A stretch of DNA of 64,000 nt from Candidatus Poribacteria bacterium (lineage in GTDB: Bacteria; Poribacteria; WGA-4E; PCPOR2b). Positions 1 to 12,220 of the stretch are shown here, in pieces. Location: assembly GCA_965198175.1 (NCBI GenBank), contig OZ240245.1, positions 896,001 to 960,000 on the forward strand. Direction: 5' to 3'. Within the stretch, counting starts at the first letter, position 1. Every line of letters begins with the position of its first letter. Position numbers and translations under genes: made by a program. Under the pieces are notes generated by a model, which saw nothing but the letters and a program-made list of their open reading frames with translations, searched no databases and was not told the origin of the DNA.

Positions 1-157
1 CCTTTGCCGCCGACTCCGTAGCAATGAAAAACAGTGATTCTGGTGAAAAAAAATTGACAATTGCCTCTGCAAAAAATTGCGTTTCGCACTCCTTATCATG
101 GAAAACGTAGGTACTGTTGTAAAGCGGACCGCGTCCAAGAAATGTGAATGCTTTCAT
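1..157 (-). CDS. csx1: 5' part of a Csx1/TM1812-family CARF CRISPR accessory protein (runs off the window)
   Basis: Not in the ORF track; translated by hand as MKAFTFLGRGPLYNSTYVFHDKECETQFFAEAIVNFFSPESLFFIATESAAK, which resembles the TM1812 N-terminus (FLG..Y..T.Y). GGAGG SD; ATG overlaps the upstream TGA (ATGA). Confidence 0.75.
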   Translation of the reverse strand, partial: MKAFTFLGRGPLYNSTYVFHDKECETQFFAEAIVNFFSPESLFFIATESAAK

Positions 158-504
158 GATGTGCCTCCTTCCGCTAAAGGTTGCCAATCGCACCGAAAAA
201 ATTCAAATTCATCAATTGAGAGTTGAAGGGTTTCCTTATTAGCAGGATTTGCCACTCGGTGACGCAATTTCACAATTAGCATTGTGTCACCGGGTGCCAA
301 CGTTGCCTGCTCACGCGATACCTCAATCGCAATGCCTGTTATCTGCTCAATCAGTCGTGCAGTTTCGGGATAACCGATATAACTTTTGAAGTTGTCAGTT
401 GCGGCGGCATCTCGTAGCACTTTTTGAAATGTTGCTTCAGAAATCCGTTTTAAAGTATACACCCCTTCGTCGGGCATAACAGCGGAATTGAGTAATAGAA
501 TCAT
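154..504 (-). CDS. crn2: DUF1874 (AcrIII-1/Crn2/YddF-like) putative cOA ring nuclease
   Basis: 116 aa with LLNS..P.EG.Y....IS...F, SYIG.xxTA..I..I.G, SR and KLRHR motifs typical of DUF1874; in the csm operon. Confidence 0.8.
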   Translation of the reverse strand: MILLLNSAVMPDEGVYTLKRISEATFQKVLRDAAATDNFKSYIGYPETARLIEQITGIAIEVSREQATLAPGDTMLIVKLRHRVANPANKETLQLSIDEFEFFRCDWQPLAEGGTS

Positions 505-1667
505 GAGTCCTCAAGCGGTGATATTTTGACCCAACCGAGCGGTTCGATCGGGTTTTGTTCACGATATAGAATTCGGCGTGTTTTCGGGAATTCGCGCTTG
601 TCGTAGTGTCCGCGCCGGGAACGGCTTTCACCTAACCGAAAACGATTGCGCAGGTCTAACAGTAATTCTTCAGGTGCATCTTTGTCATCCGTAAATATAG
701 CATTGACGGTGTTGGCGTGGTAGCCTGTGCCCCACCCGATTTGCAGAAAGAACGTGCCTTCTGGAGGGTCGGCATTTTCATCAATTAACTTATCATAGAC
801 TTCAGGAATGTTTGGTAATTCATAGTACTCAAAGAATTCTCGTTCACTTTGCATGAGCGCGTCTGCTTCTAACCGACACACTTTAACAATATTTCGCAGC
901 GTCTCTTCTTGTAAATCGCTAAAATGGAGTCGGGTTTTCTCTAATTCTCGGAGAAGAAGTTCATCAATCTTGAGGGTAAATGTTAGATTTTGTCCGGCTT
1001 GGATTTGTTGGACATAGTTTTTGTATTCTTTTCCATCGTCTATTTTCTGTACAAGTTTGTTGTCTTGATCGAGTGTAACCGTCCACGCCGTTCCGATTTC
1101 AAAGGCATCACTTGCAAGCGGTACGGTATCACTAACTTGCAAAGCACGAAGGATGTCATGGTTCGGGTCTCTTCCGATAGCATCATGTTCAATTTTCTTT
1201 GCTGGTGTTTCTCTCCGTGGATTACCGTGCACGGTTTGCCTTGTGAGACTTTGTAGGTATGCCAAATTATTTTGAAAAAGTTTATTATCCTTGACAATGA
1301 GCTCGGATAAAAATGCAGTGCGGATCGCACCTTTGATCGTGCTACCGGGAATATACGGGCAATTTCCAATGGTTTTGATCGCTTCCCGAACTTCGCCTGT
1401 TTCAGGACTTTGCAGACAAGGTAGGCTATAAGCAGAAAGTTCCGAAGGATTCATGTTTCGTTGGGAAAGATAGCGTTGCCATCTGAAGTCACGTTGTGCC
1501 ATTTCGGAGGTTAACGCGTTTATATCGGCACTCGGGTGCGCTAAAACCTTGTCCAACTTGATGTGATACCATCTGCCGTTGGAGTAGTAGCCATCCATAT
1601 GGTTGAACGTTTCGCCTGATCCGATGTGGACAGGTGTGATGGTCTCAAGTTTATATTTCTGTTTCAT
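501..1667 (-). CDS. csm5: type III-A RAMP Csm5
   Basis: TITPVHIGSG, YIPGSTIKGAIRTA, LQVSD, LQIGWGTG, C-terminal PLGWV. Confidence 0.95.
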   Translation of the reverse strand: MKQKYKLETITPVHIGSGETFNHMDGYYSNGRWYHIKLDKVLAHPSADINALTSEMAQRDFRWQRYLSQRNMNPSELSAYSLPCLQSPETGEVREAIKTIGNCPYIPGSTIKGAIRTAFLSELIVKDNKLFQNNLAYLQSLTRQTVHGNPRRETPAKKIEHDAIGRDPNHDILRALQVSDTVPLASDAFEIGTAWTVTLDQDNKLVQKIDDGKEYKNYVQQIQAGQNLTFTLKIDELLLRELEKTRLHFSDLQEETLRNIVKVCRLEADALMQSEREFFEYYELPNIPEVYDKLIDENADPPEGTFFLQIGWGTGYHANTVNAIFTDDKDAPEELLLDLRNRFRLGESRSRRGHYDKREFPKTRRILYREQNPIEPLGWVKISPLEDS

Positions 1668-2685
1668 TCTCCGTTCCTTTGAGTCTGACCGGCCACGCGT
1701 ATCCGTAGCGATAAACGGGATGTGACCAAGTATCCGGTTTTAAATCGACCAACCGCCCTATCTGACTCTCGCCTGTGTTTAGGACAGAACCTTCCGAGAA
1801 CATATTGACTTGATTTCGGCGTTGCGCGCTGCCAGTAGCACTCAGCCATCCGGTTGATTGCGTTAAGGTGTAGGCGATATAGCCTTTGAGGAGATGTTCA
1901 AGTTGATCCACTGACTTCGGGCATACCGGTGAAAGCGTGACGAATTGGTTACCTGCATCTGCTGTCGGAATTTCAAAATCATCAGCTTCGGCAAAGTCAA
2001 ACATACCGTATCCAGCGTTTCGTTCGCCGCCGATGCCGCAGTCGCCAAGCACTCGGAGTAGCGTCTCAAATTTCTGTTGCGTTTCGTCAGAATCGAAGTC
2101 GGCAGCAAACCAGAGTCCGCAGCATTTATTGAATTGGACGGTTTCTACGTGCCAGATTTCGGAACCAGCATTTTGGCTGCCGATGGTAACACGCGGACGG
2201 GTGGCAGTTTTCCAGATAGCATAATCGTCGTCATCTGGACTTTTCAGTTGCGCTTTTTCTGCAGAACTTACCCACACCTTTTCACCATTGATTAGGTTTT
2301 CTTCGTCGAACGCAGATAGATTACCAGCGATGATGTCTCGGAAAATGTTATCGGAAACGAACTGGACGCGCTTGCTTTTCTTCGACGATGCCTGGAACGT
2401 CAATGGTCTCGGATAGCAGTAAACGTTATGCGCATACGGGAACGCTGATGTCAACGTGAAAGGCAGAGTTGTGTCGTCCGCTGCGTATTTATTGAGAAAA
2501 GCAGTGAGGCTTGCAGTGTCGTAAAAAGTCGCCCACATTTGGCAGATCGCTGAAAAGAGGGTATCCGCGGGGATGTAGTTCTCAGTCTTTTGTAAGCCGA
2601 GGCTACCCGTTTGCGCCGGACCGGTGGCACGCCCAAGATGTAATTGCGTTTTGAATGTTAAGTGATAGACGGTATAAGTTCCCAT
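1651..2685 (-). CDS. csm4: type III-A RAMP Csm4
   Basis: LHLG, ADTLFSA, LTSAFPY, GIGGERNAGYG, HPVYRYG. Confidence 0.95.
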   Translation of the reverse strand: MGTYTVYHLTFKTQLHLGRATGPAQTGSLGLQKTENYIPADTLFSAICQMWATFYDTASLTAFLNKYAADDTTLPFTLTSAFPYAHNVYCYPRPLTFQASSKKSKRVQFVSDNIFRDIIAGNLSAFDEENLINGEKVWVSSAEKAQLKSPDDDDYAIWKTATRPRVTIGSQNAGSEIWHVETVQFNKCCGLWFAADFDSDETQQKFETLLRVLGDCGIGGERNAGYGMFDFAEADDFEIPTADAGNQFVTLSPVCPKSVDQLEHLLKGYIAYTLTQSTGWLSATGSAQRRNQVNMFSEGSVLNTGESQIGRLVDLKPDTWSHPVYRYGYAWPVRLKGTENETEI

Positions 2686-2693
2686 ATCCGCTC

Positions 2694-3521
2694 CTATCCG
2701 CCAGAGATTCCGGACATAATGTTAACAGTATAATCTGATGCACGTAAGGTAGTAATATTGGTATCGTCAGCGATAGTGATTGGTGCAACATTTGGGGCTT
2801 CATAGCATTTTCGGGATTTGAACGTCATCGTCAAGTTCTCAAACGCTATCTGCCCAGAACCACGAGATCCGGATCCACCGAGGTAGTCGTCAACTAAGAG
2901 TTCCATACCTTTAAGCACGGTGTCAAAAAGTTTGAGTTCGTCGTTAGCTTGATTGTCCTGATTGCTTCCATGCAGTGTGTAGAGACTATGGACAATCTGG
3001 AAGGGACCAAAAGCTGTGCCAGCAGGGACACGTTCTTGCTGGCGTGGCGTGGCAGCAGAGGTAATTCGGTCAATGGCAACTTCCGTTTTGATTTCGGTGA
3101 AATCGGTATCAGTGTCTGCCCTGTCGAGTGCCTCAAGTGATTCGGGGGTCAAGAAGGTGTCTCGAACAATTACGCGCGTAGGCATCGTTTTTCCGCGTAA
3201 GTCTCTCTGCGGAGCGACCCCAAAGACTTGGCATACTTGACACACGTTGTAATCCGCTGGTGTTTTGCACTCATGAACCCTTACATCTCTGCCAATAGAT
3301 TTGTTCAATTGCTTTTCAAAATGTCGGTCAAGCAAGCTACGCATCTTTCCTCGTAAGGAAGATCCCGGTATGTAAGGTTGCCGGTTGAAGGCATTCCGTA
3401 TAATAGGATTATCAATACCACCGATGTCTAATTCACCGGAGTTTCCACCGATGTGTAAACCTGTCAAGGCGTTGATGGTGCCTTGCAAAAAAATCTTACC
3501 TTGTAGTTGAATACTTGGCAT
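2694..3521 (-). CDS. csm3: type III-A RAMP Csm3 (target RNase)
   Basis: TGLHIGG, GGIDNP with catalytic Asp, PYIPGSSLRGKMRSLL, EIKTEVAIDR, YLGGSGSRGSG. Confidence 0.97.
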   Translation of the reverse strand: MPSIQLQGKIFLQGTINALTGLHIGGNSGELDIGGIDNPIIRNAFNRQPYIPGSSLRGKMRSLLDRHFEKQLNKSIGRDVRVHECKTPADYNVCQVCQVFGVAPQRDLRGKTMPTRVIVRDTFLTPESLEALDRADTDTDFTEIKTEVAIDRITSAATPRQQERVPAGTAFGPFQIVHSLYTLHGSNQDNQANDELKLFDTVLKGMELLVDDYLGGSGSRGSGQIAFENLTMTFKSRKCYEAPNVAPITIADDTNITTLRASDYTVNIMSGISGG

Positions 3522-3530
3522 GTGTCCCCC

Positions 3531-6222
<2,692 letters not shown>

Positions 6223-6392
6223 CGCTTGTTGTCCTTACAGATTCAGAATTGTAGTGGTAGTTTTCGATAGGTTAACGTGAGTTCGGTACAAGAGACAGAA
6301 GATTCTGCGGTAGAAAGAGAACTCATCTTAACACTAATATGCCACTTCAGCATAAACACGGATTAGACGGCGAGTTTACATGTAAAAATTAC

Positions 6393-6503
6393 AGGATTTA
6401 CGCACAACGCGGATATTGAAGGGTGAAAGGATGCGGGAAACTCCGCCCATGCTTCCACCCTTCCAAATCCCGCAAGCAAACCAACGGATTTTGCGTAAGT
6501 CCT
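6393..6503. repeat. MITE-like element with 12-bp terminal inverted repeats
   Basis: AGGATTTACGCA ... TGCGTAAGTCCT (1 mismatch), with an internal GAAGGGTG/CACCCTTC hairpin. Confidence 0.55.
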
Positions 6504-6618
6504 AATTAGTCTAACATAACATGGTTAAATCCGTATCTCTTAAACCTTCTCTAACTACTGGCAAACAGAGTGTAACACATCGCCACTTTTACATCAACAT
6601 TTTTTCCGCGTGTCTGGA

Positions 6619-6641
6619 CGGGCAATAAATTGCCCTACTAC
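6619..6641 (-). repeat. GTAG-type REP palindrome
   Basis: minus strand GTAGTAGGGCAATTTATTGCCCG. Confidence 0.55.
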
Positions 6642-6693
6642 AAGCCAAGAGCGTTTCGGCTTCAGTCAACCTCCATCCCCTTTGTATTGATAG

Positions 6694-7035
6694 TTAGTCG
6701 ATTAGATTCCCAATTACATAGTTGGGATTGGGGCTATGACTGATTGTCACAACGTACTTATTCAACTTCGGGTCGAAACATGCGATGGCTTCAAACAAGT
6801 GCGCCACCTTGTGTCCCAAGACCATGGCAACCGGCAAGGAGGCAGGACCATTGACCTTGAGCAACCCACCGCCGCTTAACTCGCCAGCCTTCTGCATATC
6901 GTCTAGACGCGCGGCGGCGTCTTTGGCGATTTGACCGTTATGCCCCGGCACCCCAAAACCAACTTGCAGAACACCATCATCATCACGAGTAATGGTGTAG
7001 GTTGATTCTAGTGGCTTCCCCGTAAGTGGCTGCAT
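6694..7035 (-). CDS. csx3: Csx3 (Crn3) family CRISPR ring nuclease
   Basis: NGPASLPVAMVLGHKVAH...FDPKL..YVV..SH matches Csx3 with His and Asp retained. Start moved to ATG 7035 (GAGGAG SD) because the longer ORF runs through REP DNA. Confidence 0.85.
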   Translation of the reverse strand: MQPLTGKPLESTYTITRDDDGVLQVGFGVPGHNGQIAKDAAARLDDMQKAGELSGGGLLKVNGPASLPVAMVLGHKVAHLFEAIACFDPKLNKYVVTISHSPNPNYVIGNLID

Positions 7036-7100
7036 CGTCTCCTCTTTTTCCGATTCGCTCATGTTGAGAAATGGTGCAGCAGCAACCGAGTCTTTGGCAA

Positions 7101-7197
7101 GCACGGGCGTGGAACCCCCTACAGGGTTTTGGGCAGGCACAAGACCTGCCCCTACGTTTGATTGATTCCCGTAGGGGCAACCCTCGTGGTTGCCCCT
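7101..7197. repeat. cluster of GTAG-type REP palindromes
   Basis: GTAGGGGGTTCCACGCCCG (-), GTAGGGGCAGGTCTTGTGCCTGCCC (-), GTAGGGGCAACCCTCGTGGTTGCCCCT (+). Confidence 0.65.
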
Positions 7198-7708
7198 CCT
7201 GTAGGCTTCGTGCTTTGCTTTCTTTTTACATGAACCTTCCGATTTTGCAGCTTAAATTTGAGATAATTTACCCATTCAACCGAGGGTACCAAAACGCTCG
7301 GAAAACCCTTCAAAACAACTCTAGCCTTCTTAACATTTCCTGTCAAGCGAAAAATACCCCGCAACACCCGCACTTCAAAATTTTCCATTGCTCTGTCCAT
7401 CGGTTCTATGGGTTTAGATTTACTGTATAATTTCGCTAACACAAGGAAGCGGGCCAGATTAGGTCCAGTTGTAGTCTGTTTGACAGTGGCGATGCCTCTA
7501 TCATCAGCTAATGGCTTTATCAATTGTTACCTGAAAACGCTCAAATTTTGTGCCAATATCCCTCAGATCGTTGAGATCAGAAAACAAGCTCACCTCGGTT
7601 CGCATTTCGCTTGAATGTGATGGTTGGGCGTGATATGTTATACTGCAGCGTGCTTTGCGTATTTGCACAAGCACGTAGGGTTAGAATAGAACAGAGAACG
7701 GGGAAATC

Positions 7709-8719
7709 ATGATCGCCACACCGAAACAGAAGGTGCGTTGGGGGATTTTGAGCACCGCAAGAATCGCGAATAAGCTGAGTCGTGCGATTCAGTTGGCAGA
7801 AAACGCTGAATTAGTGGCGATTGCCAGTCGGACGGTGGAACGCGCTAACGGTTGGGCGTCTGAGCATGGGGTTGACCGTGCTTACGGAAACTACAATGCA
7901 CTACTTGAGGATGCGGAAATCGATGCGGTCTACATTCCGCTGCCGCCATCAATGCACGCTGAATGGACCATCAAGGCGGCTGAACACGGCAAACACGTGT
8001 TGTGCGAAAAACCGCTTGCCGCAAACACAGAAGAAGCAGTTGCTATGGTCGATGCCTGCCGAACGCACAATGTGCAGTTGATGGACGGTGTCATGTGGGT
8101 ACACCACGAACGTACCTTTGAGATGAAGCAGATTATAGACAACGGCACTTTAGGTCGGATGCGTCGTGTGACAGCGGCGTTCACTTTTAACTGGGATATA
8201 ATTCCCGAAGAGAACATACGGTTGAGAAAAGAGTTTGCCTGTGGCTGCCTCGGCGATCTAGGTTATTACTGTATCCGCGCGATTCTCTGGGCTTTTGGCG
8301 ATCTCCCCGTGCAGGTCTTCGCCACTGCACGCTATTACGGCGATGTGGAATTCAATCTGTCCGGCACCCTCTGGTTTCGGGACGAGCGGATGGCTTCGTT
8401 TGATTGCGGTTTCGATACAGGAAATCGTAAGTGGTTTGAGATTGCAGGAACCAAAGCCTCCTTGATATGCGACGATTTTGTAGTCCCTTGGAAAGAGGAG
8501 ACGTCCCGATTTTGGGTACACGACGCACAAGGCAAAGCCGCCGAGCACAGGATTGAGCCTTGTATTCAGGAAGTGCGGATGATTGAGCGGTTTTCGGAGT
8601 GGGTTCAGTCTGGACAACTTAATCGCGACTTGCTAACTGAAACCGTCAACACCATGCGCATCTGTGACGCGTTGCATAAATCTGCACGACGGTGCCAAAT
8701 CGTCGCGTTCGATTCTTGA
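7709..8719 (+). CDS. Gfo/Idh/MocA family oxidoreductase
   Basis: WGILSTARIA, GKHVLCEKP, G.LGDLGYY. Confidence 0.92.
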   Translation: MIATPKQKVRWGILSTARIANKLSRAIQLAENAELVAIASRTVERANGWASEHGVDRAYGNYNALLEDAEIDAVYIPLPPSMHAEWTIKAAEHGKHVLCEKPLAANTEEAVAMVDACRTHNVQLMDGVMWVHHERTFEMKQIIDNGTLGRMRRVTAAFTFNWDIIPEENIRLRKEFACGCLGDLGYYCIRAILWAFGDLPVQVFATARYYGDVEFNLSGTLWFRDERMASFDCGFDTGNRKWFEIAGTKASLICDDFVVPWKEETSRFWVHDAQGKAAEHRIEPCIQEVRMIERFSEWVQSGQLNRDLLTETVNTMRICDALHKSARRCQIVAFDS

Positions 8720-8772
8720 AAAATAGTGGTGAACGGTGACAGCCACATCATCGACATATTGGAGCTAATCAA

Positions 8773-10836
8773 TTGGTCACGGAACTCTCCCTTAAACCGT
8801 TAATCGATTGCGGGTTGGAAGAAACTGCGGCAGCGGATACGCTGTTGCGTGTGAATCAATTGCAATCTACACTTCCGGCATCGGCTTGCTGGGTCGAGAT
8901 TACTCGGAAAATCCTCACCCCGGATCGACCGTTTGCACTTCACAAGCTGTTGCACGAAACTATCTTTGCCGATTGGGATGTGGCGCAGGGGCCTCCGCCA
9001 GCCTGGTTCCCTTCAAAAGACCAAATCCAAACCACGAATCTCGCCAATGTCATGCGTGCGTTGAACCTGAATTCCTACGAAGACCTTTATGCGTGGTCGG
9101 TACAGCATCGCCCCGAATTCTGGGATTTTATGATTCAAAGACTCGGGATTCGATTCAAACGGGAGTTCACCAAGGTTGTTGATTTTTCCGATGGTGTAGC
9201 GTCGCCCCATTGGCTTGTAGATGCGCAGCTTAATATTGCCGAAAGTTGTTTTAATGCACCGGACGATGCGCCTGCGATAGTCTTCCAACCCAAAGACGGG
9301 GCGATTTCAACCGTAACCTATAAGGCACTTCGTTTACTGACGAACCGGGTCGCCAATGGATTGGCGCGCGCCGGATTCTGTCCCGGAGACGCCATCGCAG
9401 TTAACATGCCGATGACTGCGGAATCCGTGGCAATTTACCTCGGGATTGTCACAGCCGGGTGTATCGTCGTCTCCATCGCCGACAGTTTCGCGCCGGATGA
9501 GATTGCCGTCCGCCTGCAGCTCGGAAATGCGAAAGCAATTTTCACACAGGATTATATTGTTCGTGCTCAAAAACAACTGCCACTATATACCAAAGTCGTT
9601 TCCGCAAACGCGCCAAAAGCGATTGTCCTGACCGATGAGAGCAGGCACCCATCTTGCGCTATTCGATTGCGGGACGGTGATTTCACCTGGGAGGAGTTCC
9701 TCAGTGAGGATGATCGGTTCGATGCGGTTTCCTGTCAGCCAGCAGACCACACGAATATCCTGTTCTCTTCAGGCACGACCGGAGAGCCCAAAGCGATTCC
9801 CTGGACGCAGACTACACCCATCAAATGTGCCGCAGACGGGTATTTGCATCAGGACATTCAGCCAAGCGACGTTGTGACCTGGCCGACATCCATCGGGTGG
9901 ATGATGGGCCCATGGCTAATCTATGCTAGTTTAATCAATCAGGCGACCATTGGGCTGTGTTATGGTGTGCCGACCGGTAGGGGTTTTGGCGAGTTTGTTC
10001 AGGATGCCCGCGTGAACATGCTCGGCGTGGTTCCTAGTCTCGTGAGGACATGGAAAAATACTGGATGTATGCAAGGACTTGACTGGCTGGCAATTAAAGC
10101 GTACAGTTCAACCGGCGAGTGTTCAAACCCTGAAGACATGCTGTTTTTAATGTCTCTCGCAGGATACCGCCCGGTCATCGAGTATTGCGGCGGTACAGAG
10201 ATTGGCGGCGGCTACATCTCGGGGACAATGGTACAGCCCGCCGCACCAGCGACGTTTACGACACCTACCTTAGGTTTAGATTTTTTGATCCTTGATGAGG
10301 GTGGTCAACCGTCCGATAATGGCGAGGTCTTTCTGACATCGCCGTCAGTCGGGCTTTCGACGACACTATTAAACCGCGATCATCACGAGGTGTATTTTGA
10401 GGGAACCCCTAAATTGCCGCCCGATAAAGGGCTTCCCGATATGCCGCTGCGGCGTCACGGCGATCAGGTTGAACGTTTGCGCGGCAACTACTATCGCATT
10501 CATGGCAGAGTGGACGACACGATGAATCTCGGGGGAATCAAAGTGAGTTCGGCGGAGATTGAACAAACCCTCAATTTAGTGGACGGTATTCAGGAAACCG
10601 CTGCAATTGCGGTGTCTCCGCCGGGCGGAGGACCAAGTCAATTGGTGATTTACACTGTCTTTCTAGAAGATGCTGACATGGAGAGAGTAACGCTGAAGTC
10701 CGCTTTGCAGATGGTGATACGGCAGCATCTCAATCCCCTCTTCAAGATTCACGACATCGTCATAGTCGATGCCCTGCCTCGAACCGCTTCCAACAAGATC
10801 ATGCGGCGCATCCTGCGCAACAAGTATCAGGACTAG
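8773..10836 (+). CDS. AMP-binding acyl-CoA synthetase (acetyl-CoA synthetase-like)
   Basis: FSSGTTGEPK P-loop, YCGGTE, HGD, GRVDD, LPRTASNKIMRR. Confidence 0.9.
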   Translation: MVTELSLKPLIDCGLEETAAADTLLRVNQLQSTLPASACWVEITRKILTPDRPFALHKLLHETIFADWDVAQGPPPAWFPSKDQIQTTNLANVMRALNLNSYEDLYAWSVQHRPEFWDFMIQRLGIRFKREFTKVVDFSDGVASPHWLVDAQLNIAESCFNAPDDAPAIVFQPKDGAISTVTYKALRLLTNRVANGLARAGFCPGDAIAVNMPMTAESVAIYLGIVTAGCIVVSIADSFAPDEIAVRLQLGNAKAIFTQDYIVRAQKQLPLYTKVVSANAPKAIVLTDESRHPSCAIRLRDGDFTWEEFLSEDDRFDAVSCQPADHTNILFSSGTTGEPKAIPWTQTTPIKCAADGYLHQDIQPSDVVTWPTSIGWMMGPWLIYASLINQATIGLCYGVPTGRGFGEFVQDARVNMLGVVPSLVRTWKNTGCMQGLDWLAIKAYSSTGECSNPEDMLFLMSLAGYRPVIEYCGGTEIGGGYISGTMVQPAAPATFTTPTLGLDFLILDEGGQPSDNGEVFLTSPSVGLSTTLLNRDHHEVYFEGTPKLPPDKGLPDMPLRRHGDQVERLRGNYYRIHGRVDDTMNLGGIKVSSAEIEQTLNLVDGIQETAAIAVSPPGGGPSQLVIYTVFLEDADMERVTLKSALQMVIRQHLNPLFKIHDIVIVDALPRTASNKIMRRILRNKYQD

Positions 10837-10899
10837 ACGGTGGTGCCCTGTGATGCCAACTGACAAGATACCTTCATGACGATAAACACAATAATTGGC

Positions 10900-10958
10900 T
10901 TGACAGCCTCCAAATAAACATAATACCATATCCAATTAAAATTTAGGCATGCCTAAAT
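10900..10958 (+). promoter_or_regulatory. sigma70-like promoter plus perfect 18-bp palindromic operator (DtxR/MntR box)
   Basis: TTGACA-N18-TACCAT, then ATTTAGGCATGCCTAAAT at 10941-10958, upstream of the DtxR-family gene. Confidence 0.75.
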
Positions 10959-10975
10959 ATGACTAGTTGAGATAA

Positions 10976-11665
10976 TTGGATGGTTTAGTGATGATAACTC
11001 ATGCGATGGAAGATTATCTGAAGGCAATCTATCTCCTACAAAAAGGAGAAGAAGAGAAAGTGCCCACCTCCGTCATTGCCCAGCAAATGAACGTCTCAGC
11101 TGCATCTGTCACAGGCATGATTAGAAAGTTAGCATCGTTGGAACTGCTCAATCACAACTCCTATCACGGCGTTAAGTTGACAGAGGGTGGGGAGAAGATC
11201 GCTCAAGAGGTCATTCGCCACCACCGATTGCTAGAACTTTATCTTGTTGAAATCATGGGATTCACCTGGGATAAAGTGCACAATGAGGCGGATAAACTGG
11301 AACATGTCATCTCAGAGGAATTTGAGGAAAAGATGGCTGAAGCGTTGGGTCATCCGACGGTAGACCCACATGGACACACCATCCCAACAAAGGATGGAAA
11401 TCTCAAGGAAGCGTCTTACGAAATCCTGGCGGAAATTGATTCAGGGAGCTTTGTCACGGTGCGACAGGTTAATGATGACATCCCTGAGATGCTGCGCTAT
11501 CTTGCCGGTTTGGGGCTGGTGCCGGGGACTCCTCTCCAAGTTGTGACTAAGGCGCCTTTTAATGGACCATTATGTCTGAAGATTGACGGATCTGAACACC
11601 ATGTTGGTCGTGAAGTGGCGCGTAATGTATTCGTCGAATTGTCTGGAAAAGAGACAGACTGGTAA
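10976..11665 (+). CDS. mntR: DtxR/MntR family metal-dependent repressor with FeoA domain (likely start ATG 10991)
   Basis: EDYLKAIY, RHHRLLELYL, EADKLEHVIS, DPHGH. Confidence 0.9.
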   Translation: MDGLVMITHAMEDYLKAIYLLQKGEEEKVPTSVIAQQMNVSAASVTGMIRKLASLELLNHNSYHGVKLTEGGEKIAQEVIRHHRLLELYLVEIMGFTWDKVHNEADKLEHVISEEFEEKMAEALGHPTVDPHGHTIPTKDGNLKEASYEILAEIDSGSFVTVRQVNDDIPEMLRYLAGLGLVPGTPLQVVTKAPFNGPLCLKIDGSEHHVGREVARNVFVELSGKETDW

Positions 11666-11878
11666 AAAAACGTTTACATTCACATGAAGAAATTCCCGTA
11701 ATCTTTACACAGAAGTCGAATACAGAAATCGAAGGGAGAGGCAAGGTGTTTTTATCAAGATTTGGTTTTCCACGAGCAGACATCAGGGATTGAATGAAAT
11801 CAGGAATGTGTTAGGAGTTACCATATATGGAAGTTAAGGTTTCAAGCAACATTGTCCTCTTGAATTTTGACAAAGCGA

Positions 11879-11907
11879 TTGCATTTACTTAAATCTTGAA
11901 GTATAAT
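11879..11907 (+). promoter_or_regulatory. sigma70-like promoter of tatA
   Basis: TTGCAT-N17-TATAAT. Confidence 0.6.
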
Positions 11908-11995
11908 AATGCTGGTATTTGCTTGAACAAACTGCATGGTGCGGAAGTGTGCACCTGCTCAGGTTTATAATCTCTATGTTAGGAGGAAATCACAA

Positions 11996-12208
11996 ATGCC
12001 CGGGTCTTTAGGTGGATGGGAAATTCTTGTGATTCTTGTGGCCATCCTCGTCATCTTTGGGCCGAAGCGATTGCCGGAGATGGGACGATCGCTTGGGAAG
12101 GCGATTCGAGAATTCAAGAGTGCCGGAAAAGAAATTCAAAACGATTTGGCTAAATCGGTGGACGAAGAAGACACCAATTCAACCAAACGGACGGATAAAG
12201 CAGTTTAG
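11996..12208 (+). CDS. tatA: twin-arginine translocase TatA
   Basis: EILVILVAILVIFGPKRLPEMGRSLGKAIREFK; AGGAGG SD before ATG 11996. Confidence 0.95.
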   Translation: MPGSLGGWEILVILVAILVIFGPKRLPEMGRSLGKAIREFKSAGKEIQNDLAKSVDEEDTNSTKRTDKAV

Positions 12209-12220
12209 CGGTGTAGGGAC

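Noticed and set aside
7036..7140. N-terminal extension of Csx3 in the ORF track
   Set aside because: It runs through REP DNA; a better SD and ATG lie at 7035.
7071..7614. ORFs 7071-7430, 7152-7523 and 7408-7614
   Set aside because: They overlap REP repeats and promoter-like DNA and have no recognisable motifs.
6230..7700. Possible CRISPR array or leader near cas10/csx3
   Set aside because: No regularly spaced direct repeats with unique spacers; only REP/MITE palindromes and AT-rich DNA.
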